Source: an uncultured Nitrososphaeraceae archaeon
Lineage (GTDB): Archaea > Thermoproteota > Nitrososphaeria > Nitrososphaerales > Nitrososphaeraceae
Length of the DNA: 64,000 nucleotides
Assembly: GCA_963779615.1 (NCBI GenBank)
Contig: CAVZZA010000003.1
Span: 608,001 to 672,000 of the forward strand
Reading direction: 5' to 3'
The notes below the pieces were generated by a model. It made no database searches, was not told the origin of the DNA, and was given only the letters and a program-made list of their open reading frames with translations. Positions 10,881 through 22,113 of the stretch are shown piece by piece (position 1 is the first letter of the stretch; each line of letters begins with the position of its first letter). The position numbers were made by a program, and so were the translations under genes.

Positions 10881-11657
10881 TTAGTCTCCACGGCTCATTA
10901 TCAGCACCTTGTTCACTCCACGGCGAAATTCATACCTTGCCTTTTCAACCCTAAACGAAACCTTTTCTTGCATATGGCCGCTTATGCTTTCCATCAATCT
11001 GTCAAAATATTCCGGAAGATTGGAATCGGGCTTTTGAACAGGAAATATTCTCAATTCCTTGGATGTGACTCGCAGCAGCTCCAAAATCGAATCAAGGTGA
11101 AAAGAATAGTCAAGCATGTTGTGGTAATAAAAAAGAAAATTGGAACTTAACACCAAATCAAAGCTTTTGTCATCAAATGGCATTTTTGGAAGTTCTGCGT
11201 GTATGTATCCATCATTCTTTTTGTTCCCATTAACAAAATCCTGTTTTGATTCATAGTCTGAAATGAATCTTCTCAGTGAGGCGCTCCTGGCTCTACGAAG
11301 GTCTTCAACACTTGTGTAAAGGGCCCAATCATAAAAATCCGGAACCTGGGACAGCCTTTCAAGCATATATTCAAGGTCTTCTTTCCCGCGCTTTTCTAAA
11401 GCTTTTGGATTGTTGTTTCCATACAGTAAATCGCATCCAACAACTTTCCTGACTTGATGTCCGCCAGAAGCCTCTGCGACAAACGAGGAGGCACCAGAGG
11501 GGCAGTCCAATATTCTGAGATCTCTTAACTGTGATGGGTCCAGGTTGAACATCCACATGTATTCTGAAAGTGTTCTCCCTATAAAGACAACCCTATCCAG
11601 GTTAAGAACAGTGCGCTCATCCGAAATGCTTTTGTTGTTTGGTTGCCGATCTGTCAT
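10881..11657 (-). CDS. class I SAM-dependent methyltransferase-like protein
   Basis: ILDCPSGASSF motif I; MPFDDKSFDLVLSSNFLF. Confidence 0.85.
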   Translation of the reverse strand: MTDRQPNNKSISDERTVLNLDRVVFIGRTLSEYMWMFNLDPSQLRDLRILDCPSGASSFVAEASGGHQVRKVVGCDLLYGNNNPKALEKRGKEDLEYMLERLSQVPDFYDWALYTSVEDLRRARSASLRRFISDYESKQDFVNGNKKNDGYIHAELPKMPFDDKSFDLVLSSNFLFYYHNMLDYSFHLDSILELLRVTSKELRIFPVQKPDSNLPEYFDRLMESISGHMQEKVSFRVEKARYEFRRGVNKVLIMSRGD

Positions 11658-12105
11658 GCTCTATTGCTTTATATGCATGGATTTATGCAATAAATGACTT
11701 TTGATGTAATTTAGCAGAGTGAGCAAAAAAGGCTTTTGAACTAATTCATGTCATGCATTACAGGCATGTTGGCATAAAACATCATCAAAACCAATGAGTC
11801 AAAATGGTTGTTTTATTCATGGTTTATTCACGCCCACTCCCTTTTTGACCGTATTTTATGCACAAAACAATTGATTGTGAGAGTATCCGGCAGTCCATAA
11901 ACGAGACAGATGGCAGTTCCCTGTTGTTTTTCAGCACTTTGGTCAAAACAGTTGACCCGAAAAATATCCATAAATAACATCACAATACTAATAATCTAGT
12001 TTTACTAACATAAAGTATGTACTACAATTTAATTTGTTTAAATCTCTACTATGAACACACCCTAATTAAAAATAACTCTCATCAAATGGAGGTGATATCA
12101 AACTA

Positions 12106-12357
12106 ATGAATATTGCTGAAAGTGAAAATCCGTTTGTAATTGAGGCTAAAACATGCGGCTGCAAGGATAAAAGAAGTATAACATACGCATTTATAGAATC
12201 ATCCCACAGTCTATGTATTGACAGAAGGGATATAATTTTAGCACAAATACAAGCATGCGAAAGACTATCAAAATACGTAAAGGATAAGACCGAATTGGCG
12301 GCTGTGGAAAAAGAGATAGCATCTTTAAAACTAACTCAGGATTTGATATCCTATTAG
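12106..12357 (+). CDS. small hypothetical protein
   Basis: 83 aa ATG ORF preceded by GGAGGTGA, an SD-like sequence; CGC motif and a coiled C-terminus. Confidence 0.75.
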   Translation: MNIAESENPFVIEAKTCGCKDKRSITYAFIESSHSLCIDRRDIILAQIQACERLSKYVKDKTELAAVEKEIASLKLTQDLISY

Positions 12358-13162
12358 TGTCCTTTTGAGAAGAAGACAGGGCATTTTCCATCAAATAAAA
12401 ACTCCCCGTCATTTCAACACAATTTAAAAAAAGTAATGCACAATGCCTTTTTTGAAATTCTTTTTCGTACCAATATTGATCAATAAAGCATGTTGTTGAT
12501 TTGATGATGAATGTCCTCATAAATTTTATCATAACTTATCAAATGAAAGGTACACCATTGGATTAGTGGTAAACATACACAGTATTTTTTCCTTAAATAA
12601 ATTAATGATTTCCCACCCTATCATCGTCTATTCATTGAACACGTTCAACACTTTTTTAATCATAATATAAAATATATTTAGTTTAGAGATTTTTAAAATA
12701 GATCTAAAGTTACCAAAGATATATACAACTAATTTCAAGTATTTTAGAACTAGTGTAAAAATGAAATCTCTAAACGATAAAAAAAATATTGCTAAAGATG
12801 ATTCCCAGGTCGGACATCTGGGAAATAGCGATTATGCTATCAAGTGGTAATTCTAAAAGTATCGTGTATATTCTAACGTTAACAAGTAAGGCTTGTGACT
12901 TGAATTGAAAGACTAATAAAGGCGGATATTCTGAATCCAACCGTGTATGTGGTAGACCCGTCTACCAAATTGCTGATTTGACAAAGGGTGTGGAACTTCT
13001 TATTTTAAGATTGTAAAGAAATTGGCATATTGATCTTCGTATTTATATTTACAAAAGAAAGTGATTTGTATCTTCTCGGTCATATTTTCACATGACAATT
13101 TTTTTAGCATTTTTATATTCCAATGTAGCATACTGCTTTTAATTATTTTTATCTGTAGTTTC

Positions 13163-14392
13163 ATGGTAATGCGCACAAGTACTAAAACTGCATTGGCTGT
13201 TATGTTTATAATCACATCATCGGTATCACTCTTGCAATCAGGTGTTTTTTCTTCTTTTTCTCAATATTCTTCAACACCCCCTATTACTGATGATGCTTAC
13301 GCTTCTAAAAAAAAGACCACAAATACTGATACTTCACCATCATCCATCCCTGACAAGAAAGGGGTAATGATGTATGATTATGGGGGCAAGACGGGCAAAG
13401 TTTACAACCCATTAATCGTTTCACAGGGGGGGCAAAAGTATTACCAAAATTACATGAATGATAACACTGATGAAAAATCAAAAGAATATTTCATAAACAC
13501 CGCCAACTGGCTTGTCAAGCATGCTAAAGAAAAAGAAACCAATGACGTTGATTATTCACTTTGGACATATAATTTCCCGTGGCCATTCTATGAAGGGCTA
13601 AATCCACCATACTCATCTGCATTGGCACAATCTGCAGGAATTGATATTTTGATTTTGGCACACAATTTGACTGGAGATGAAAAGTACATAGACGCAGCAG
13701 GCAAGGCATTTGGTTCTTTTTTAGTCGATTATGACAATGGAGGAGTAACAACAATGGAAGGGAACAAGGAGGATGACAGCGGGGAGAGCGGCAGCAGTAA
13801 CAATGGTGACGATTCAATGTTTTTGCAGGAAATTGCAAAGCCCGGATATCCAAAAACATACATTCTCAATGGTCACATATTTTCACTTATTGACTTGTGG
13901 AATTACTATCAATACACACATGATGGCAACGCAGAAACAGTATTTAACAAAGGTCTGAATTATCTGAAGGACAACCTATGGAAATACGATAAAGACATAT
14001 GGTCTTACTATGATCAGGTTGGGAATCTAGCGTCCAATGGCTATCAAAAAATACACACAGAACAATTGGCCAAGCTTTATGAGATAACAGGTGAACCAAT
14101 ACTAAAGAGTTACAGCGACAAGTTTGCCGGAAATTTAGCTGTTGCCGAAGACATAAGAGCAGGGGTATCTTTTGCCGTAATAGGGGAGTACGACGAATCC
14201 ATTGCGTATTTTGACAAGGCTCTAGAGATAGATCCTGACAATACTGCTGCATTAAATAACAAAGGGTTGGCTCTTGCCAAACTAGGGGAGTACGACGAAT
14301 CCATTGCGTATTTTGACAAGGCTCTAGAGATAGATCCTAGCGATGCCTACTCATTGAACAATAAAAAGTCAACCCTTGAGGAGTTAAAATAA
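13163..14392 (+). CDS. secreted D-glucuronyl C5-epimerase-like protein with C-terminal TPRs
   Basis: signal/TM segment; YNP...SALAQ...ILNGHIFSLIDL...YD...YQKIH motifs of the C5-epimerase C-domain; TPRs YDESIAYFDKALEIDP x2; start estimated. Confidence 0.8.
   Translation: MVMRTSTKTALAVMFIITSSVSLLQSGVFSSFSQYSSTPPITDDAYASKKKTTNTDTSPSSIPDKKGVMMYDYGGKTGKVYNPLIVSQGGQKYYQNYMNDNTDEKSKEYFINTANWLVKHAKEKETNDVDYSLWTYNFPWPFYEGLNPPYSSALAQSAGIDILILAHNLTGDEKYIDAAGKAFGSFLVDYDNGGVTTMEGNKEDDSGESGSSNNGDDSMFLQEIAKPGYPKTYILNGHIFSLIDLWNYYQYTHDGNAETVFNKGLNYLKDNLWKYDKDIWSYYDQVGNLASNGYQKIHTEQLAKLYEITGEPILKSYSDKFAGNLAVAEDIRAGVSFAVIGEYDESIAYFDKALEIDPDNTAALNNKGLALAKLGEYDESIAYFDKALEIDPSDAYSLNNKKSTLEELK
14181..14338 (+). 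repeat. intragenic TPR duplication
   Basis: 56-bp identical segments at 14181-14236 and 14283-14338 (102-bp period = 34 aa). Confidence 0.9.
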
Positions 14393-14479
14393 CACATTTT
14401 TACTTTATTGTGACATGCCACTTGCACCTAAAGCAAAGAAACAAAGCAAACATTATCCCTCTACAAGCATCCCATTTGA

Positions 14480-15319
14480 TTACATTTGGTTTAGGAAATT
14501 ATGAAAGTCCTCATCTGACATTTTGTTTTTGATACCCATTAATTGCTCGACATCTTTGCCTGCCAGGTACCTTATCTGTGGGTTTTTGTCCATAATGGCA
14601 TCAACCACCACTTTTGCCACATATTCCGGCTTCGCTGCGTTTTCAATCAATTTAGCCATCCCACTCTCCATGCCTTTCATTATTTGAATGTATGGTGATT
14701 TGGGATCCCGGGATTTTTTTGCCAAAACTGCGGATTTGATAAAGTTTGTTTTGATTACCCCAGGTTCTATGATTATTGTTCTGATTCCAAAAGGCTCTAG
14801 TTCGTAAGACATGGATTCACTCAAACCCTCTACTGCAAATTTTGAGCTCACATACGCAGAACTTGCGGCAATGCCAAACCTGCCAAGACCTGAGCTTATG
14901 TTGACAATTGTTCCGGAGTTTTGTTTTCTCATTATTGGAAGCACAGATTGTGTGGTTCTGACCAACCCAAACACATTTGTTTCATACTGGGATTTTATCT
15001 CGTCGATGTTCAGGTCCTCTAGCGCTCCTGTCAACCCATATCCGGCATTGTTTACTAGTACATCTATTCTCTTGCTTTCATCAAATATTGTTTTGGTTGT
15101 ATCCTTAACTGAACGGTCATCTGTGACATCAAGTTGTGCAATTTTTAAAGGGAGTCCCTCTTTGTCTGCAATATCCTTTAACTCTGAACCTTTTGTCAAG
15201 TTTCTCATTGTTGCGTATGTTGCAAACCCATTTCTCGCAAGCATAAGTGAAATCTCACGACCTATTCCACTTGAGCTCCCTGTCACGACGGCAACCTTGT
15301 TGTTATTTCCTTCTTCCAC
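14480..15319 (-). CDS. short-chain dehydrogenase/reductase
   Basis: TGSSSGIG, NNAG, YVSSK; start probably GTG 15319 rather than 15490. Confidence 0.9.
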   Translation of the reverse strand: MEEGNNNKVAVVTGSSSGIGREISLMLARNGFATYATMRNLTKGSELKDIADKEGLPLKIAQLDVTDDRSVKDTTKTIFDESKRIDVLVNNAGYGLTGALEDLNIDEIKSQYETNVFGLVRTTQSVLPIMRKQNSGTIVNISSGLGRFGIAASSAYVSSKFAVEGLSESMSYELEPFGIRTIIIEPGVIKTNFIKSAVLAKKSRDPKSPYIQIMKGMESGMAKLIENAAKPEYVAKVVVDAIMDKNPQIRYLAGKDVEQLMGIKNKMSDEDFHNFLNQM

Positions 15320-15534
15320 ATCCTTTGTTAAAATTATAAAACAAAGTAAACATATAATTTGAACTGATTTGCTAGGTCCACAAATTAATCCGATATCATC
15401 ACAATTTAAAAGAATGAGAGGCCCCTTGCCACAAGGGATTTGAATCCCGCCAAGTCCATCGGCAAAAAAAAATAGAAAAGGATTAGTCAAGTTAACTTTG
15501 GAAAGTCAAATGTAAAAAAAAATAGGATTTAAAA

Positions 15535-15674
15535 ATGCTTTGTTGCATGACTATTGAAATCGTTTTTTGTTAGCGCTTTGGTTGTTGTCCAAAGGGTAAC
15601 CAGTCATGATTTAATATGAATTACAATGAAAGTGGCATAGTTTTAGCTGTATTTTGAATCATGCAACAAAGCAG
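15535..15674. mobile_element. MITE (~140 bp) with 15-bp TIRs
   Basis: TGCTTTGTTGCATGA ... TCATGCAACAAAGCA perfect inverted repeats, flanked by duplicated TTTAAAA(A). Confidence 0.8.
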
Positions 15675-15808
15675 TTTAAAAAGAAAAATAGAATCAAACA
15701 GCTAACAAATTTGCCAACACAACATAAACTGCGAATAAGAAAAGCGGGAAATTTCCCAAATATCTGTGAAGAACATAAGGAGCTTTAACCATCAGGGTAA
15801 CTGCAAAT

Positions 15809-16353
15809 ATGGATTTTGACGAGTTGTATGAAAGAGAAAGACGATAAGAGAGTATGATTTTGACACGCAGATTCCAAATGAGATAATCTTAAAGCTGATT
15901 AAAAATGCCCATACAGCCCCTAGTGCAGGTTACACAGGTTCAGGAATTTAAAATAGTTAAAGACGATTCAAAAAAAAGAAATTAAGAAAAGCGGCTGTAA
16001 ACCAAAAATATGTAGAAAAAGATCCCGTGCTGATTGTAGTATGTTCCAACACCTCTCGCTCAGTAGGGCGGCATGGCAACCGTGGAAAGGAATTCTACAG
16101 CATAACAGATGGTGCTTTTGCCTCAATGCTCATTTTGCTTACTGTGGTAAATGAGGGAGTTGGCGCTTGCTTTGTGGGAGCATTTGAAGACAACAAAGTA
16201 TCAGATATACTTGAATTACCAAAAGATGTCAAACCAATAGGGATTATTTGCATAGGCCATCCTGCAGATAGACCCGAAAAGTTTGAAAGAATTGATATCG
16301 ATGTGCTAGCCCATTATGAAAAATATGGGTGCAATAATGGTGCTGCACAGTAG
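15809..16353 (+). pseudogene. nitroreductase family, frameshifted
   Basis: MDFDE../RKTIREY...AHTAPSAG.. upstream in other frames; DGAFASMLILLTVVNEGVGACFVGAF...PIGIICIGHP in ORF 16027-16353. Confidence 0.8.
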
Positions 16354-16531
16354 TAGTATTACTTAACATGTTAAAACAATATTTTCATTAAATGCTCTAA
16401 CTGCCATTGCAAAATCACATCTCCATTTACTCAAATTCACCGTTCTTTGAAGTTATTTTGGCACCTCTAGTATTGGCGATTTATCTTTAATTAGGCAAAT
16501 TTTATAAAATTTGTATTGTAACATATTCAGG

Positions 16532-16780
16532 CTAGAGATTCACCTGCTTATCGATCTTAAATTCTGAGCCTTCACCACACATTACCAAACAAACTTTACA
16601 ATTTGCATCCAAACCATCCATGCCATTTATCCAAGTGTTATTTTGCCATAGCAGTTTGAACCGGACCCCGGGATGTTTTTTTCTTAATTTTTTCAAACCT
16701 GCCATCATTTTTTTTGTTTGGGTATATTTCTTCCCAAAAAATGCTCCTTGTGTTGTTTGTAGCGGCCACTCCAAATTCAA
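16532..16780 (-). CDS. hypothetical protein or fragment
   Basis: 82-aa ORF with protein-like composition, start uncertain. Confidence 0.3.
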   Translation of the reverse strand: MNLEWPLQTTQGAFFGKKYTQTKKMMAGLKKLRKKHPGVRFKLLWQNNTWINGMDGLDANCKVCLVMCGEGSEFKIDKQVNL

Positions 16781-16883
16781 TGATCCGTTACAGTAGAGAA
16801 CCGAATTTGTAACACGGCCAGATACTATTGTGAAACAAGGCCATAAAAAATGCTGGTTCTTATGGATATGTCTGCTGCTGCTG

Positions 16884-18398
16884 CTACGGTGTTATCTCTT
16901 GCAAAAATATGTTGCTATCCAGGTTTGAGAAAACAGATAGATCTATCTTTGCTCCAGGTTTCATTATTTCCCTAAGGTCTTTTCCCGCTTCCTTTTCTTT
17001 CCACCATTTGTCCCCATGCTTGTTTCCAATGTAAATATCAAGTTCTGCCGCTCTCACTGCGGCAAGCAGATAGCTTGGAACATACATTATGGATTCAGGC
17101 AAAATATGGTGCAACAGCCAATATTCCCCCGGTATCTCAAACCCGGTGTATTCTTTTATTAGCCGTTCATAGAGTTCAGATGCCTCACCTGTTGACAGGT
17201 TTTCTTTCCAGTATTCCAGCTTCATCAATGAATTTGCCGCATAAAACGTGACAAAAAACAATTCCATAAAGCGGTTTCTTGACGCTAATTTGTCGAGTGT
17301 GTTCTGGTCTTTTATCGAATCAGATAGTGATGATGACATATATCCGGTGTTTTTTGTCAGCCTTTCCAGAAAGATAGAAAAGGTCTCTGCCACACCCATT
17401 GGAATCCTGTATTTGTCCCAATACTCATTTGTTGCACCTATGGAACTTGCATGCATGGCATGTCCGGTTTCATGGAAACACGCCTGAAGATCAAAATACG
17501 GGCTTTCTTTCTTGTATAGCACCCTTATGTCACCGGGTATTTTTACAAAAAAGCATATGGGTGATGGATATTTGCCTTTCCTATCTTCGGTATCAAAATA
17601 GACTTTGGATAAATCAAACTCCATACTTGTCAATATCTTTTTAACCTCGCCAAGTGGTTCTATTTTTAGGAAATTGCTGTCCATATCAGAATAGGATCTG
17701 TTTCTAAAATAGTAAAAATCATCATAATACTCCGGCTCCTTACCAAGAATCTCCTTCCCAACATCATCTATTGCATCTTTGAACGGTTTCTTTGCCCTCT
17801 GGCCCATCGATTTGACAAATTCAGCCAGCTTTTCATATGATATGTTTTCATTTTCCAGGTAGGCTGAAACTGGGTCCAGTTTATCATTTAGCCCTTTTCC
17901 GTCTTCCTTGTTACCATGTGCATTTTCATGGTAAACTTGTTTTATTGCTGAAAACCTGTTTTCTATAATTGGTGTTATGTGTTTGGTTTTTTCAACAAAC
18001 TCATCAAATACCTCTTTTCTGTTTTTGGGTTCTTTTTCAAGGCTGTTGAACTGCCTCCAGGTGCTCCAGTTTACGGGTAAGTCTCTGAACACGTGTCTTG
18101 AGGAAGTAATCTTTGTGTTCCTTGCATTGTGTAATTCTAGCTCAAGTTTCTTTGTTTTAGAGTAGGCAATATCCTCTATTGCTCCAAGAAAAAGGGGTCT
18201 TGGATGAGAATAAAAATCGATAAGGATATCGGAGTTTCTTATTTTCATTTGTGCAAGCTGTTCTATCAGTTTTTCATTATGCTCAAGTCCTGCATATTGC
18301 TTGTACTCTTCGTCTGTTTGTGAAACATAGATAAGCTCATCTAATTCACACCAATGATTCAGGTTCATTATAACAGTATAACATATTGATCTGGGCAT
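16884..18398 (-). CDS. zinc metallopeptidase, M3/M32-like gluzincin
   Basis: FHETGHAMH (HExxH) followed by AETFS as third ligand; 504 aa. Confidence 0.8.
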   Translation of the reverse strand: MPRSICYTVIMNLNHWCELDELIYVSQTDEEYKQYAGLEHNEKLIEQLAQMKIRNSDILIDFYSHPRPLFLGAIEDIAYSKTKKLELELHNARNTKITSSRHVFRDLPVNWSTWRQFNSLEKEPKNRKEVFDEFVEKTKHITPIIENRFSAIKQVYHENAHGNKEDGKGLNDKLDPVSAYLENENISYEKLAEFVKSMGQRAKKPFKDAIDDVGKEILGKEPEYYDDFYYFRNRSYSDMDSNFLKIEPLGEVKKILTSMEFDLSKVYFDTEDRKGKYPSPICFFVKIPGDIRVLYKKESPYFDLQACFHETGHAMHASSIGATNEYWDKYRIPMGVAETFSIFLERLTKNTGYMSSSLSDSIKDQNTLDKLASRNRFMELFFVTFYAANSLMKLEYWKENLSTGEASELYERLIKEYTGFEIPGEYWLLHHILPESIMYVPSYLLAAVRAAELDIYIGNKHGDKWWKEKEAGKDLREIMKPGAKIDLSVFSNLDSNIFLQEITP

Positions 18399-18560
18399 TT
18401 TATCTTATCAGTGTTGACTCAATCCCCCTGTCTCGGGGTTGAGAATCAGAGAGACATTTGGCAATACATGGTGGGAAGCTCTGTCGCCCTTCCATTCCTT
18501 GGTGCATCAATAACACATATTTTAGTAACTGTAAATATTATATACATTAAGCATCCACTA

Positions 18561-19244
18561 ATGCAAATGAGATATCTTGACAATGTAACGGCTCCCCCTA
18601 TAGCATACATAACCATCTTTGCCGTAGTTGCAATGTTTTTGTGGTTTTTGGCTGTAGCGGATAATCCTCAAAGCGTTACTATTGACAATGATATCAAAAA
18701 CAAGGCAAAGTACCTTATCCAAAACGAGCCAAAATCACATCTACAGAAGTTGTCCAAATCACCACCACCACCACCAATACAAATAGCAGCAGCAGCAGCA
18801 GCAGCACCAACAGCAGAACAGCCAACCGAACCCTTGAGTATCAAAATCCAAAACGTAACAGCAGGTAATCCTACAAGCAATAACATATCTACCATTTCTA
18901 TTGCTTTTGATATCAGAAATCACAACCAAAACACCATACTGTTAGAGGGGTTAAACTATAACCTGTATTATGGCAATCACCGCATAGTTGCAGGTAGTAT
19001 TGGAAGCCAGCTAATTAGCGACATATTTCAGTCACAGTCAGAATATCCAATCATAGGAAAGGGTTTTCTGGTGTTAAAAGACAAACAAACATTCGAGGAA
19101 GGCAGCGAAGATGACAAAGAATATTTCAGCGATATCCTAAAGGGAAATGCCCATTATATGGTTAATGGAACAGTATACTACAAACAAATAAGCAATATCC
19201 AGGCCTATGGCGGAACACAACAATTTGAGGCCACTTTCCCATAA
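18561..19244 (+). CDS. membrane-anchored LEA_2/WHy-like protein
   Basis: N-terminal TM, Pro/Ala linker, beta-rich domain IAFDIRNHNQNTILLEGLNYNLY...VNGTVYY; start estimated. Confidence 0.6.
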   Translation: MQMRYLDNVTAPPIAYITIFAVVAMFLWFLAVADNPQSVTIDNDIKNKAKYLIQNEPKSHLQKLSKSPPPPPIQIAAAAAAAPTAEQPTEPLSIKIQNVTAGNPTSNNISTISIAFDIRNHNQNTILLEGLNYNLYYGNHRIVAGSIGSQLISDIFQSQSEYPIIGKGFLVLKDKQTFEEGSEDDKEYFSDILKGNAHYMVNGTVYYKQISNIQAYGGTQQFEATFP

Positions 19245-19887
19245 ATTAAATGTGGCGAAACAAAAAGACCAGGATAAGCGGGCATTATAAAATACAAATA
19301 TCTATTAAATTTAGCTTTTTTGAGTAAATATCTCTATTACAATACAAATAACATATAATTTACAATTTTAGTCTATCTTTATTGTAAAAATTGTAATGGC
19401 ATCTTAAACACCGATCCAACCTTTCCCTTTGGCAAGCCACGCTCAATAACTAAAAGCATTATAGAATGATGCCGTATCTTTTGATAACCCAAATTTAATT
19501 TGTTTCCATCTTTGTGCTCCATGCTTAAGCATTTCATTAATTGTTTGATATGGACATTCCAATAAAAAATCTGCTGCAATAAAATATTAGGAGAAACCAA
19601 GGTTATTGCTTATTTCAAAAAAATAAAAAAAGAAACATCATAAAATATTGTTTAGAATATGCAAATTCTTTGAAAGCATATTGAGCCAATACTTTTATCG
19701 ACGCATCCTTTACAAATGACAGCGGACAATATCATCTTGGTTGGTGTTATAATATTCTAAAGTTTATGGCATTCATACCACATTCGTCAAATTATTTGGT
19801 TTACTTCCGGCCTATGATAAGTTTATTTTAAAAATATTTATAATATAGGAATTTATATTATTTGTAGAAAGAGGGCAAAACCGCTAA

Positions 19888-21654
19888 ATGTATTCCAATG
19901 ATAAAATTAAGGTTATTGCATCTTTGCTATCTGTCTTTATATTGGTGGTCGGCATAATAGTCATTTCAAGTTCAAATGTAGCAAATGATATACTTAAAGG
20001 GAGAATAGAAAACCAGTTCTTGAGTGAATCCACTGGTAGGGGAGAGTCAATTCGCTCGTTACTTGAGATATACTCAAATCAAATCAATCATCTGGCTTTT
20101 CGCCTTTCTAATGATAGTGAGATAAGGGATATTCTATTGGCAAACGAACTAGAAAGGCGCCGTCTCTCTTATGACGAATACAAGGGTTTACCTATTTTAG
20201 AACAAAAGGTTAGCGAATATGGTGTAACATTTGACAATTCCACCTATATCAGAAATATCAAGATTATGGATAGGAATGGAGATGTGTTATTATCGTCGAA
20301 TCCATCAGAGACAGGACAGAGGGTACCCTATCTTAACAATATAAAGACATACTCAAACACCACTAATTATGGGATTACCAATATTGAACTAAATAAGGTC
20401 AAGGATGAGAGTAGGCAATTAGTCATATTTACTATGCCCTTTTATAAGGGACAACAGCACGCCTTGGATAAAAAAGTGAATTCAAATAACGACTTTTTCA
20501 TTTCTACAAACCTTGATACAAACTCCTTCAACAAGATATTGCTAAACAGGAAAGGTCTTGGAGAATCAGGGGAAGTATATCTAGTAAACAGCAGCAGAAT
20601 GATGGTGTCTGAATCCAGGTTTTTTAACAATACAAATCCAATAACTGTAGATACCTTACCAGTTAGACAATGCCTTGAAAGTGTCAATGGTAATGATGCC
20701 GGCAATGTTTACAACGACTATCGCAACATTCCAATTATTGGCTTTTCCTTTTGTGCTAAAGACTTGGGATTTGTGTTACTTGCAGAAATCGACAAATCTG
20801 AGGTATTGCAACCGATAGACAATTTAAGAAATACTATGGTAATAATGTCTGTAATAAGCGGTTTTATCCTTATTGCCATATCGATAGTGGTTATCCATAC
20901 GCTTTTATCCTGGAATAAAAAATTGGAATCAGCCAATAAACAACTACAAAGGCAGGATACAATGCAAAGAGAATTCATTAATGTTGCAGCTCATGAACTT
21001 AGAACGCCAATTCAACCAATACTTGCCTTGACAGAACACCTTAGAGAAAAAATTAAAAATAAAGATCAGGCTCAATTACTCGATGTAGTCATTAGAAATG
21101 CACAGAGGCTAAAAAAATTATCTAATGATATTTTAGAGATAACTAAAATTGAAAGCAACACACTAGACATATACAAAGAGTGGTTTATCCTCGATAGGTT
21201 GATATCAGAAACTGTCAAAGATTTTGAAAATAGCCTGAAGGATAAGGATATAGGATTTGAATGTCATAACCTAAGTAGTTCATGTAATTTATTTGCAGAT
21301 CAAAGTAGAATAAGACAGGTCATCTCAAATTTAATCGGCAATTCTGTCAAGTTTATCGGTAAGGAGGGAACGGTATCAATAACTCTTGAAAAGAAAAAAA
21401 ATAAAGACAGTATTGGAAATAAAAAAGAAGTGGTTGAAGTTAGTATAAAAGATAATGGCATCGGAATTGATAAAGAGATATTGCCGAATCTATTTACAAA
21501 ATTTGCATCTAAATCCTTTCAGGGGACTGGGTTAGGATTGTATATTTCAAGGAAAATTGTAGAGGCACATGGCGGAAGGATAGAGGCAGAAAACAACAAT
21601 AATGGAAAAGGTGCCACATTTTCCTTTACTTTGCCCTTAGAGAATACAGACTAG
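19888..21654 (+). CDS. membrane sensor histidine kinase with Cache-type domain
   Basis: two TMs; H-box AAHELRTP, N-box NLIGNSVKF, G1 DNGIG, G2 GTGLGL. Confidence 0.95.
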   Translation: MYSNDKIKVIASLLSVFILVVGIIVISSSNVANDILKGRIENQFLSESTGRGESIRSLLEIYSNQINHLAFRLSNDSEIRDILLANELERRRLSYDEYKGLPILEQKVSEYGVTFDNSTYIRNIKIMDRNGDVLLSSNPSETGQRVPYLNNIKTYSNTTNYGITNIELNKVKDESRQLVIFTMPFYKGQQHALDKKVNSNNDFFISTNLDTNSFNKILLNRKGLGESGEVYLVNSSRMMVSESRFFNNTNPITVDTLPVRQCLESVNGNDAGNVYNDYRNIPIIGFSFCAKDLGFVLLAEIDKSEVLQPIDNLRNTMVIMSVISGFILIAISIVVIHTLLSWNKKLESANKQLQRQDTMQREFINVAAHELRTPIQPILALTEHLREKIKNKDQAQLLDVVIRNAQRLKKLSNDILEITKIESNTLDIYKEWFILDRLISETVKDFENSLKDKDIGFECHNLSSSCNLFADQSRIRQVISNLIGNSVKFIGKEGTVSITLEKKKNKDSIGNKKEVVEVSIKDNGIGIDKEILPNLFTKFASKSFQGTGLGLYISRKIVEAHGGRIEAENNNNGKGATFSFTLPLENTD

Positions 21655-22113
21655 TCTAAAACCGTTCATAATTTGAATACAATAAATCGATAAATCAAAA
21701 CCCATACACAGAGCAACACATAGTCATTCAATTTAATCAGTTATGGAGAAAAAAGGAATTAAATCGAATTATTCATTATTTGTTACAATAGTTTCTATAG
21801 ACGCGTATAATATAACATGACAAAAAAGCGAGTGAGTTTTAGCAACATTAATCAAACAGGTTTAGTTAAAAAATGATTTAATAAACAGAAGCAACAAAAT
21901 AAAAACAACCTTAACTTACTAAAGGTTTCTTTTTAGTTGGTCTATTTGTTTTTTTCCATTTTCTTCTACGCAGCACCAAGAGAATAACAGATATCGAATT
22001 AGCCAATCTTACTTTAATATCCAAGCAGGCAGAGACAAAATAACAATGTTATTTTAAGTTATATGATGCTGTTTTATAGATTGTTACCTTAATACAAACC
22101 CAAAAAAAATATT

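Noticed and set aside
15434-15452. GGGATTTGAATCCCGCC resembling the reverse complement of a tRNA T-arm
   Set aside because: No cloverleaf, acceptor stem or anticodon arm can be built around it.
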